Below, piece by piece: positions 51,567-60,533 of a stretch of 64,000 nucleotides of DNA. This stretch comes from Verrucomicrobiota bacterium. Its GTDB lineage: Bacteria; Verrucomicrobiota; Verrucomicrobiia; Limisphaerales; AAA164-E04. Location of the stretch: assembly GCA_047947115.1 (NCBI GenBank), contig CP170459.1:5344001-5408000 (forward strand). Reading direction: 5' to 3'. A model generated the notes under the pieces. That model made no database searches, had not been told where the DNA came from, and saw only the letters and a program-made list of their open reading frames with translations. Within the stretch, counting starts at the first letter, position 1; every line of letters begins with the position of its first letter. The position numbers were made by a program, and so were the translations under genes.

Positions 51567-52601
51567 ATGAAACATTGCTCCCGTCGTGGTTTTCTCTCAA
51601 AAAGTGTCATTGCGGTCGCAGGAGGCGCCATGGCCAAGTCTGTCCAGACCAACGCTCAATCACATTCGAAGGTCGCTTCCGGCCGACCGGTGTTTGTTTC
51701 CACATGGGGTTTCGGCAAGCCGGCCAACGAGGCTTCGCTGCGGATCCATCAGGAAGGTGGGTCCATTCTGGACGCCATCGAAGCAGGTATCCGACTGACC
51801 GAAGCCGATGAAAGCAACGCCTCAGTAGGTTTCGGGGGGAAACCGGCCGCCAACGGCAAAGTCCAGCTCGACGCCTGCATCATGTATGGACCAGGCGCCA
51901 AAGCGGGCAGTGTGGGTGGTATCGAAGACATCAAACACCCCATCTCCGTTGCCCGAGCGGTCATGGAGAAAACTCCGCATGTCATGCTTGTTGGCCAGGG
52001 AGCCAAAGCTTTTGCCTTGGAGCAAGGCTTTGCTGCTGAAAATCTTTTGACCGCCAAACAGCGAAAAGAATGGCGGGAATGGCGCCGCGAGAAACGCAAG
52101 ATGGAAGCAGGCGAAAACAATCACGACACCATCGCATTGGTCGGCATTGATGCGGAGGGCACCCTGGCAGGCGGATGCTCCACCAGTGGACTGGCTTACA
52201 AAATACCAGGACGAGTCGGAGATTCCCCCATCCTTGGAAGTGGCCTTTACGTCGACAACGAAATCGGGGCGGCGGGAGCCACAGGCGTTGGTGAAAATGT
52301 CATGCGCTTTTGTGGTTCCTTCATGGTTGTGGAATACATGCGTCAGGGGCTCTCACCCGAAGACGCCTGCGCCGAAACCATCCGCCGCATCGCAAGGCTC
52401 GATGGCCGACCTATCGAAGATCTTCACATCAATTTTATCGCGGTTGACAAAAAAGGACGATTTGGAGCCGCCGGAACCGGCGACGGTTTCCCTTACGCCG
52501 TCACCTATCCCGGATACAGTGAAGTCTTGCAAAGCAAAGCACTCAGCAAGAAAGCGATCGGAATTGAGGGAGGCAACGCTCCCATTGAAGACCAGCAATA
52601 A
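51567..52601 (+). CDS. N4-(beta-N-acetylglucosaminyl)-L-asparaginase (Ntn hydrolase), Tat-exported
   Basis: SRRGFL, STW, SVGFGG.P, LDACIM, HDTI cleavage site, GRVGDSPILG. Confidence 0.9.
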   Translation: MKHCSRRGFLSKSVIAVAGGAMAKSVQTNAQSHSKVASGRPVFVSTWGFGKPANEASLRIHQEGGSILDAIEAGIRLTEADESNASVGFGGKPAANGKVQLDACIMYGPGAKAGSVGGIEDIKHPISVARAVMEKTPHVMLVGQGAKAFALEQGFAAENLLTAKQRKEWREWRREKRKMEAGENNHDTIALVGIDAEGTLAGGCSTSGLAYKIPGRVGDSPILGSGLYVDNEIGAAGATGVGENVMRFCGSFMVVEYMRQGLSPEDACAETIRRIARLDGRPIEDLHINFIAVDKKGRFGAAGTGDGFPYAVTYPGYSEVLQSKALSKKAIGIEGGNAPIEDQQ

Positions 52602-52639
52602 ACAACCAATACGTTCCCAACCACACGCTGATTCACATC

Positions 52640-53371
52640 ATGAGAATCAAGAAACTACTGTTGATTGATGCGGTCACCTGGGCCAGCGAATACCCTAAAA
52701 GGCATGCTCTTAAAAGTGTTCCAACCTGGTTCAAGAATGGTTTGGAGGATATGGAGCATTGCGAATTGAATGTTCTGCATATCGAGAAGAACCTCGACAA
52801 GGCATTTCAATCCGACCTGCATGGCGTCATCATTTCAGGCTCACCTCGCGATGCCTGGGACAATACTCCAACAAACGAAAGCCTGCTTATTTTCCTAAGA
52901 TCCTGCCTGCTTCACCGTATTCCGGTGCTGGGGGTCTGCTACGGACACCAAATGTTGGCAAGGTTCTTGAACGGAAATGTCCAGCGGCATCCAGAGGGGT
53001 TGCAACTCCTGAACGCCGAAATTGAACTCACAACCGCAGGAAGGGCTTGCCCGCTGTTTAAGAAAATGAAGTCCAAGTTCAACGCCATCAGCGGCCATGC
53101 GGATTATGTGGTCGAAACACCACCTCATTGCACCCGACTGGCCGGCAGTGAACTGACGGAAGTACAGTCATTCCAGTTTCAGAACCTGTTTTATGGAGTT
53201 CAATTCCATCCCGAATTTACCGCAGAGATTATCCGGTTCCTATGGACACCCCGGATCGATTCATGGAAAGACAAGGTGTCATTCGATCTGGCCGAACGTC
53301 TGGAGAAATTCAAAGATCCCGGTCCAACGCGCTTGATCCTTCAGAACTTTGTCAATCACTGTGTGCCCTGA
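52640..53371 (+). CDS. Type 1 glutamine amidotransferase-like hydrolase
   Basis: ISGSP, GVCYGHQ, QFHPE. Confidence 0.9.
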   Translation: MRIKKLLLIDAVTWASEYPKRHALKSVPTWFKNGLEDMEHCELNVLHIEKNLDKAFQSDLHGVIISGSPRDAWDNTPTNESLLIFLRSCLLHRIPVLGVCYGHQMLARFLNGNVQRHPEGLQLLNAEIELTTAGRACPLFKKMKSKFNAISGHADYVVETPPHCTRLAGSELTEVQSFQFQNLFYGVQFHPEFTAEIIRFLWTPRIDSWKDKVSFDLAERLEKFKDPGPTRLILQNFVNHCVP

Positions 53372-53383
53372 AAATTTTAATCT

Positions 53384-54547
53384 ATGATACAACCATCTTC
53401 TTTCTCATTCCCCACCCCGATTCAGTATGGCCCGGGAATCCTTACCGAACTGGGTTCAGTTCTGGATCGTTTGAACATCAGCAAGCCACTTGTCATCTGC
53501 GATCGCTTCCTTCCGGAAACAGACGCATTTGCCAGATTCCGTCAAGCCATTGACAAGGCATCCGGAATTGATTCATTCGAAGTGTTCAAGGACGTACACC
53601 CGAACCCTATCGAGGCAGACGTCAAAGGCGCGGTCGAGGTCTATCAAGAAGGTTCATGCGACGGCATCATCGGCCTGGGCGGAGGCAGCGCCCTGGACGT
53701 TGCCAAAGTGTGTCGATTGAACATTCAACGACCGGATTTTCGCCTGGAAGACAACGAAGGTTTATTTGCCGAATCCTGGGACAAGCTACCGCCTTTTGTG
53801 GCCATCCCGACCACATCGGGTACCGGAAGCGAAATCGGTCGCAGCAGTGTGATCACACTGGATCATACGAAGGCCAAGTCCGTCATTTTCCATCCCAAAC
53901 TCCTGGCGGATCAGGTGATCCTGGATCCCGAGGTAACCCTGTCCCTTCCGCCACACCTCACCGCCGCAACCGGGCTGGACGCATTAACACACTGCATTGA
54001 GTCCTACACATCACCTGTCCTGCAACCACTCTGCGACGGCATTGCTCTGGAAGGCATCCATCTCATTGCCAAACACCTGGTGACCGCGGTCAATGACGGC
54101 ACTCAGATCGAATCCCGTGGGGGGATGCAATTGGCCGCCTTGATGGGCGGCATTGCGTTCCAGAAAGACCTCGGCTCCACTCACTCCATGGCTCATCCAT
54201 TGTCCAACCTGTGTCACCTGCATCATGGTTTGGCTAATGCGCTATGTCTGCCGGCTGTCATGCAATGGAACGCCGAACGAAAACCCGGTTTATACCGACG
54301 CGTCGCCGTTGCAGCCGGACTGGACGCCGTCAAAATCGGAGATCAAGCGGCAGATCAATTGGCACTTCATTGGGTGGAGGAACTGATCCGGGAGACAGGC
54401 ATCCAGATGGGACTATCAAACCACGGTGTGGAAGCATCCCACGTCGAACCATTGTCCGATCTGGCCATCAAGGATTCCTGTCATCAAACCAACCCCGTCC
54501 CCATGCAGCGGGAAGATTTTGTGAAACTTTATCAATCAGCACTATGA
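53384..54547 (+). CDS. Iron-containing alcohol dehydrogenase
   Basis: PNP, GGGSALD, PTTSGTGSE, DALTHCIE, HSMAH, HHGLANA. Confidence 0.95.
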   Translation: MIQPSSFSFPTPIQYGPGILTELGSVLDRLNISKPLVICDRFLPETDAFARFRQAIDKASGIDSFEVFKDVHPNPIEADVKGAVEVYQEGSCDGIIGLGGGSALDVAKVCRLNIQRPDFRLEDNEGLFAESWDKLPPFVAIPTTSGTGSEIGRSSVITLDHTKAKSVIFHPKLLADQVILDPEVTLSLPPHLTAATGLDALTHCIESYTSPVLQPLCDGIALEGIHLIAKHLVTAVNDGTQIESRGGMQLAALMGGIAFQKDLGSTHSMAHPLSNLCHLHHGLANALCLPAVMQWNAERKPGLYRRVAVAAGLDAVKIGDQAADQLALHWVEELIRETGIQMGLSNHGVEASHVEPLSDLAIKDSCHQTNPVPMQREDFVKLYQSAL

Positions 54548-55980
54548 AAGCATTGATCACCGATCCGTTCATCAACGGACGCAGCCTGGAACCCAAGGAA
54601 AGCAATCTCTTCGTCCAAACCAACCCCGCCAACGAAGAAGATTTCGCAGAAATACAGGCGGCCGGGCTGGGTGAACTGGAAATCGCCATTGAAGGAGCGC
54701 AACAGGCCTTTGAAAAAGTCTGGAGTCAATGCACTCCAAACCAACGAGCCAACAATCTTTTCGCCATCGCCCGCGCCATTCGCAACGACAAAGACACCCT
54801 GGCTCGGTGGGAAACCCAGAACATTGGGAAACCCATTCAGGATGCACGGGATGAAATCGAACTCGGAGCCCGCATCTTCGAATACTACGCAGGGGCGGTC
54901 GGCAAGTACTTCGGCCACACGATTCCAGTCTCCCGAAAAGGACTCAACATGACACTTCGCGAACCCTTGGGTGTCGTCGGAGCCATTGTTCCCTGGAACT
55001 TCCCGTTCCCCATCGCCTGCTGGAAAGTGGCCCCCGCTCTGGCCGCAGGCAATACAGTTATATTAAAACCATCGTCACTGTCGCCGATCACTGCGCTGAG
55101 CCTGGGGCAACTGGCCATCGAAGCAGGGCTGCCCCCCGGCATTCTGCAGGTTGTCCCCGGCCGTGGCGGTTTGATCGGCGAAGCCATGACCAGGCACCCG
55201 CTCGTGAAAAAGATTTCCTTCACCGGTTCCACCCAGAGCGGCGCACGCATCATGGAACTGGCCGCCCCCGGCATCAAACGCATATCCTTGGAACTAGGCG
55301 GCAAATCCCCCAACATCGTTTTCGCCGACGCAGACCTGGATCAAGCCGCCGCCGAATCACCGTTGAGCGTCTTTGCCAATGCTGGACAAGATTGCTGTGC
55401 ACGCAGCCGTGTGTTTGTGGAGGACTCCGTTTTCGACGAGTTCGTGGAGCGTTTCATAGCGGCCACGAGGGAAATCCGAGTGGACGATCCAACACTCTCA
55501 GTCACCCAGATAGGTCCAATGATTTCCAAAAGCCAACGCGAGAACGCTGAAAAGTTCATTCAGAGCGCACGCGCCGCCGGCCGAACCATCGCTTGTGGAG
55601 GGGACCGCCCTTTCGAACGCGGATTCTTCCTGAACCCTACCGTCATTCTGGAACCTGAACCCACCGATCCATGTTGGACGGATGAAATTTTCGGCCCGGT
55701 CGTTTGCATTCGACGGTTCACAAACGAAGACGCCATGATCCAAGAAGTCAATGACACTCCCTACGGGCTGAGCGGATCGATCTGGACCAACCACCTCAAC
55801 CGCGCCTTGCGGGTGGCCCGAAAAGTGGAAAGCGGTGTGTTGAGCATCAACACCCATTCCAGCGTGCACATCGAAGCACCCTTTGGCGGTTACAAACAAA
55901 GCGGCATCGGACGCGACCTCGGCATGCACGCTCTGGACGGTTACTCCGAAGTCAAAAATATCTTTATCGCAGAATCCTGA
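54544..55980 (+). CDS. Aldehyde dehydrogenase
   Basis: PWNFP, FTGST, ELGGKSP, GQDC, EIFGPV, PFGGYKQSG. Start at ATG 54544 overlaps the ADH stop (ATGA). Confidence 0.95.
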   Translation: MKALITDPFINGRSLEPKESNLFVQTNPANEEDFAEIQAAGLGELEIAIEGAQQAFEKVWSQCTPNQRANNLFAIARAIRNDKDTLARWETQNIGKPIQDARDEIELGARIFEYYAGAVGKYFGHTIPVSRKGLNMTLREPLGVVGAIVPWNFPFPIACWKVAPALAAGNTVILKPSSLSPITALSLGQLAIEAGLPPGILQVVPGRGGLIGEAMTRHPLVKKISFTGSTQSGARIMELAAPGIKRISLELGGKSPNIVFADADLDQAAAESPLSVFANAGQDCCARSRVFVEDSVFDEFVERFIAATREIRVDDPTLSVTQIGPMISKSQRENAEKFIQSARAAGRTIACGGDRPFERGFFLNPTVILEPEPTDPCWTDEIFGPVVCIRRFTNEDAMIQEVNDTPYGLSGSIWTNHLNRALRVARKVESGVLSINTHSSVHIEAPFGGYKQSGIGRDLGMHALDGYSEVKNIFIAES

Positions 55981-55991
55981 CCCAATCCCTT

Positions 55992-57338
55992 ATGGACGCC
56001 AAAACACTGAAATCAAAAATCGCCAAAGGAGAAATCGATACGGTTATCGTGGCCTTCCCGGACGCTATCGGACGTTTGGTCGGCAAACGATTCACCGGAA
56101 CCTACTACCAAAACCAGGTGGCGGATCAGGGCACCCATGGATGCAATTACCTCCTGGCGGTCAACATGGAAATGGATCCGCAAGACGGATTCAAAGTGGC
56201 CAACTGGGAAAGCGGATTCGGTGATTTTGAAATGCGACCGGATGGCAAAAGTGTCAAGATCCTCACCTGGCAAGCGGGAACGGCCATGGTCATCTGCGAC
56301 TATGCACATCACGACGGCACACTCGTGGCGGAAGCGCCACGTTCGGTGTTGAGAAAACAACTGGACGCCCTCGCCAAAACAAAAATCAAAGCCTTCATGG
56401 CCAGCGAACTGGAATTCCTGCTCTTCGACCAGACCTATTCCGAAGCGTTCGAAGCAAATTATCACGGGCTCAAACCATCGAGCGATTACCGCATCGATTA
56501 CCATATTTTACAGCCGGGTCGTGATGAAACCATCCTGAGATCCATCCGCAACGAACTCACCGCATCAGGCATCCCGGTGGAATGCAGCAAAGGCGAATGG
56601 AGTCGGGGACAGCACGAGGTCAATGTTGAATACACCGAGGCGCTGGAAATGGCGGACCGCCATGTCCTGTTCAAGCAGGCGATCAAGGAAATCGCTCATC
56701 GAGAAGGCAAATCAGCCAGCTTCATTCCCAAGTTTGCCGAAGAGGAAGCAGGCAACAGTTGTCACATCCATATCTCACTCCAGAAAGACGGAAAAAACAT
56801 CTTCTGGGACACCATGAAGAATGGACCCAGCAAGATGTTTCGTCAATTCCTGGGCGGGCTGCTGAAATACAGTCCGGAACTGTGCCTGTTCTTCGCCCCG
56901 ACGATCAATGCCTATAAACGCTATCAATCCGGCAGTTGGGCCCCCACCAAAATGGCCTGGTCCATGGACAATCGCACGGTCGGTTTCCGGATAGTGGGGC
57001 ACGGCCCCTCCTTCCGCATCGAAAATCGCATGCCCGGAGCCGATGCCAATCCATACCTGGCATTCGCAGCCATGATTGCAGCCGGGCTGGCGGGTGTGGA
57101 AGAAAAACTCGACTGCCCTCCAGCATATGATGGCAACGCCTACACCGATGAGAAGCTACCCGCACTACCCACCTCCTTGGAAGAAGCCACCCTTCTTCTG
57201 AATAAAAGCAAACTGGCTCGAAGAGTTTTTGGAGAGGAGGTCGTGGACTTCTATGTCCGTACTGCCGAGTTGGAAGTCAAAGCTTTCACCAGCACGGTCA
57301 CTGATTGGGAACGTAAAAGATACTTCGAACGCATCTGA
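55992..57338 (+). CDS. Glutamine synthetase-like gamma-glutamylamide ligase (GlnA4/PuuA type)
   Basis: GEIDTVIVAFPD..GRL.GKR, CNYLLAV, ELEF, EWSRGQHE, GNSCHIH, DNRTVGFR, ENRMPGADANPY. Confidence 0.88.
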   Translation: MDAKTLKSKIAKGEIDTVIVAFPDAIGRLVGKRFTGTYYQNQVADQGTHGCNYLLAVNMEMDPQDGFKVANWESGFGDFEMRPDGKSVKILTWQAGTAMVICDYAHHDGTLVAEAPRSVLRKQLDALAKTKIKAFMASELEFLLFDQTYSEAFEANYHGLKPSSDYRIDYHILQPGRDETILRSIRNELTASGIPVECSKGEWSRGQHEVNVEYTEALEMADRHVLFKQAIKEIAHREGKSASFIPKFAEEEAGNSCHIHISLQKDGKNIFWDTMKNGPSKMFRQFLGGLLKYSPELCLFFAPTINAYKRYQSGSWAPTKMAWSMDNRTVGFRIVGHGPSFRIENRMPGADANPYLAFAAMIAAGLAGVEEKLDCPPAYDGNAYTDEKLPALPTSLEEATLLLNKSKLARRVFGEEVVDFYVRTAELEVKAFTSTVTDWERKRYFERI

Positions 57339-57354
57339 TATTGAGCGGCCAACT

Positions 57355-57960
57355 CATGCCTGAGCCACGGACCCTGCCAGCGGAAGAAGGCTGTTGGACA
57401 CTCCCACAAGAGATTCCTGTTACAACTGCCACCCCGAACAGCACATCCCGTTTCTTAGCGGCGTCATGGGGACGTCCATTGGTGAGAAAGGGGTGCATTC
57501 CATGGAATGCCAAAGTTGCCATGGTTCGATGCTGGATGTCGGAGATGAAGCCAGAACAGGTTGGCGAGACGTACCGAGCTGTGCCTCCTGCCATACCGGT
57601 TCCGGATGAAAAACAAAGGATTGCTACGTTACAAGGATGTGCACGAAGCCGATGGAAGCATTCGCCATCCTGTTGACAATACATTTGCTGAATGCCAGTG
57701 ATTCAGATCGGGATCCAATGAGCCTTAGCATCGTCCAGCAACCCACGCACGGAACAGTTTCCCCTTCTGATAATGCAGCCACCCATCATGCGGATCTGCA
57801 TTATGCCGGACCAGATTCGTTCACTTATGCCGCCTGGGATGGAGACACCAATTCAAATCTGGGAAAAGCATCATTCACGGTTTCTGATGGCACAGGGTCA
57901 CTGAGCACATCAGCCATGGCTCCGGCTGTGGCTTTACTGGGATCAAACACTCCATTCCGA
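57355..57960 (+). pseudogene. Remnant of a multiheme cytochrome c with a cadherin/Ig-like domain
   Basis: CYNCH, CQSCH and CASCH between stop codons (57394-57609), then DSDRDPMSLSIVQQPTHGTV...YAGPDSFTYAAWDG; no signal peptide or intact gene. Confidence 0.7.
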
Positions 57961-58084
57961 GCGAGTGGAACGCGGGGTGGACACTCTGAATCATTCCTTC
58001 TGTCTTGGGCAATGAACGAAGTGTCACACTGCCAAGCGAACTCAAATCGGAGTTTTTCAGGCTACACCAACCCTAAACTTCAGC

Positions 58085-58588
58085 TTAATCCTCATTGAAA
58101 TATCTGACGGATTCCAACACACCGTCCGGACGGAATATCATTCGCACAGATCGATCAGGAAAATGTATATCCGCACGGTAACCTTCATAGTAGCGGGTGC
58201 GGCCGAGTTGGCTGGAATAAGGATAGTAAGGGTAGCTGTAATTGTCCTGATACCCGATGACCTCATAGCGTGGCACGGTGGTCCCTTTTTGAACCATCCA
58301 CTCTGCCACCTTGGCGCCGTCCGATAAGGTTTCAACCTTGTCGGCAGGCCCCATGTCCTTGACCACGTCGTTGTAGGTCCATTGGCCGACTCTGGAATCC
58401 CAATCAATCTTGGGTGAGGTTTGGCATCCGCTTGTGAAAAAGCCGCACAACAATACGACCAGAAATGTTTTCAAACACAAACCCACCATGTTGAGGCGTT
58501 GCATAAGGGTATTGTACACCTGTGCTGATCTTTTGACAAACCTACCTTTTGAAGGTGAGAAGATGGATAAAGCACCTTCACTCACCAT
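58085..58588 (-). CDS. Hypothetical lipoprotein (true start probably ~58504)
   Basis: Hydrophobic stretch ending in the lipobox-like FTSGC. Confidence 0.7.
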   Translation of the reverse strand: MVSEGALSIFSPSKGRFVKRSAQVYNTLMQRLNMVGLCLKTFLVVLLCGFFTSGCQTSPKIDWDSRVGQWTYNDVVKDMGPADKVETLSDGAKVAEWMVQKGTTVPRYEVIGYQDNYSYPYYPYSSQLGRTRYYEGYRADIHFPDRSVRMIFRPDGVLESVRYFNED

Positions 58589-58728
58589 TCAAAATTCAAA
58601 ATTCCTTGTCCCCTTCCCCTTTTCCTTTTCGCTATGGAAATGGTTGAGATGGCATGTGACGACAGAGAGGGCCGGCAGGATTTTCGGTTTTCAAGTCGGT
58701 CATCCTTGGTTAGCTTCGACCCACAATT

Positions 58729-59904
58729 ATGACGGGAGCCTTAGATCCATTACGCTGGCTGCATCGGGGATTTATATTCCTGTTGTTTGGTGCGTATGTG
58801 TTGGCCTCGATCCTGCCCGCGCCGGGTGTGTGGATGAAATCCATTTCGTGGAACTCAATTCCCGTGATTGGCAAGTCCTTGACGACCAGCCTTCTGATGC
58901 TGGCAGTCCTGCTTTTCAACGCGGGATTATTCGTTGATAAAGAACACCTGACCGCACTGAAACGGAGACCGATGCTGTCAGTAGCCGGCATGTTGGGCAA
59001 AGGATTCCTGGCAATAAGTTGGATCGGGGTTTTGCTTCTAGCCTTGTGGGCGAGCCCCTCGATGAGTTCAAAAACTCTGTGGATCTCCATGTTGGCGGGT
59101 TTTGCCATCGTATCCATCATGCCGACGGCCACCTCCTCAACGGCCTGGGCTCAACAATCCAACGCCAACCTGGCGCTCAGCCTAGGTTTGTTGTTGATCA
59201 GCACGATGCTGGCACCGGCAACTATCCCGGTCATGAAATGGATCACGTCCCATTTGCCCCCGGAACTCAATTCCGATCGGACCATGGAATCCGCGAATTT
59301 ATTTGATGTGGGCTTTCTGGCAACCTGGATCCTGATTCCCATCCTGCTGGGGCTCTTGACTCAGGCCTGTTTGAAACGGGCGGGAACCCTTAGGATCCGT
59401 CCCTGGTTGAGAACCATCAATGCCATCAATCTGCTCCTTCTTAATTATATGCACGGCGCATCGTTCCTTCCACAGTGCCTGCACCCATTCCAACCTGGAA
59501 TCCTGGGTTCCATGCTGATCGGGGTATTGGCCTGTTGTATGACGGCGTTCGGTGTGGGCAGTCTGGTGGGACGTCTTTCAAAAGCGCCGGATCGTGAACG
59601 TCTGGCCCTCATGTTTGGCACTGGTATGAACAACAACGGCATGGCACTCGTCCTGGCATCTCATTTTCTGGGCGAAGCCAGCTGGATAGGTCTGACCATT
59701 GCTCTTTGCACCTTCGGGCAACATGTGGTGGCAGCCCTTACGCAGAACTTATACGGTTGCCTTACCATCGAACCGGGAGTTTCCGAAAACCCGAACCGAC
59801 TTGAAACGAAACACAATTCATCCGTCGATCAAAACGCTTCCTCCATGGAACAACAACCAGACATAATCTCCTCCGAATCCCAATCGGTTCGCCCCCGACC
59901 ATGA
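58729..59904 (+). CDS. Bile acid:sodium symporter (BASS) family transporter
   Basis: About 10 TM helices, MPTATSS..W...ANLALS..L..ST, GMNNNG.AL motif. Confidence 0.85.
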   Translation: MTGALDPLRWLHRGFIFLLFGAYVLASILPAPGVWMKSISWNSIPVIGKSLTTSLLMLAVLLFNAGLFVDKEHLTALKRRPMLSVAGMLGKGFLAISWIGVLLLALWASPSMSSKTLWISMLAGFAIVSIMPTATSSTAWAQQSNANLALSLGLLLISTMLAPATIPVMKWITSHLPPELNSDRTMESANLFDVGFLATWILIPILLGLLTQACLKRAGTLRIRPWLRTINAINLLLLNYMHGASFLPQCLHPFQPGILGSMLIGVLACCMTAFGVGSLVGRLSKAPDRERLALMFGTGMNNNGMALVLASHFLGEASWIGLTIALCTFGQHVVAALTQNLYGCLTIEPGVSENPNRLETKHNSSVDQNASSMEQQPDIISSESQSVRPRP

Positions 59905-60533
59905 AAAACGACCGCCCCGATCACACCACGCAGATTCAGGCACTGATCGATCGATTGATGGCCGGGGATGAATCGGCGCGTGCTGAATTGGTCCAGTGCA
60001 CCTGGGATCGATTGCTTCGCTTGACGCACCATATTTCCATGGATTTTCCACCGGTGCGGCGTTGGGAACAAACCGATGACATTTTTCAGAACGCATCGAT
60101 TCGCATCTGGAAAGCACTGGAAAAAGTGCCACTGCAAAACGCCCGTCATTTTTTACGACTGGCGGCCGAGAAAATCCGGTTTGAGCTGATCGATCTGGCG
60201 CGTCATTACCAGGGTCCTATGGGACAAGGCCGGAATCACCAGACACAGTCACCGGCTCGAGCATCCCAGACATCGCACCCGACACCGATTGACAAAGCAG
60301 CTGCAAAAGACGACCCCAGCCAGGCAGCCCAGTGGTCGGACATACACACCCAGGTGGAGAAACTTCCGGACGAACTCAAGGAAGTATTTGACCTGCTCTG
60401 GTATCACGACCTTCAACAAAAGGAAGTGGCCGACATGCTCGGCGTCGACGTGCGCACCGTCAAACGCCGTTGGCGACAAGCGCGGCTCCAACTTCAAACA
60501 CTTTTGACAGACACGCCTACAACGCATCCATGA
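59901..60533 (+). CDS. ECF sigma factor (kinase-associated type)
   Basis: GDESARAEL, QTDDIFQ (region 2.2), region 4 LPDELKEVFDLLW...EVADMLGVDVRTVKRRW. Confidence 0.9.
   Translation: MKNDRPDHTTQIQALIDRLMAGDESARAELVQCTWDRLLRLTHHISMDFPPVRRWEQTDDIFQNASIRIWKALEKVPLQNARHFLRLAAEKIRFELIDLARHYQGPMGQGRNHQTQSPARASQTSHPTPIDKAAAKDDPSQAAQWSDIHTQVEKLPDELKEVFDLLWYHDLQQKEVADMLGVDVRTVKRRWRQARLQLQTLLTDTPTTHP

Noticed and set aside
54244..54543. 100-aa N-terminal extension of the ALDH
   Set aside because: Overlaps the ADH gene; the ATG at 54544 gives a normal-length protein with an ATGA junction.
55992..57338. Calling this gene glnA (true glutamine synthetase)
   Set aside because: Catabolic context and N-terminal motifs fit gamma-glutamylamide ligases better.
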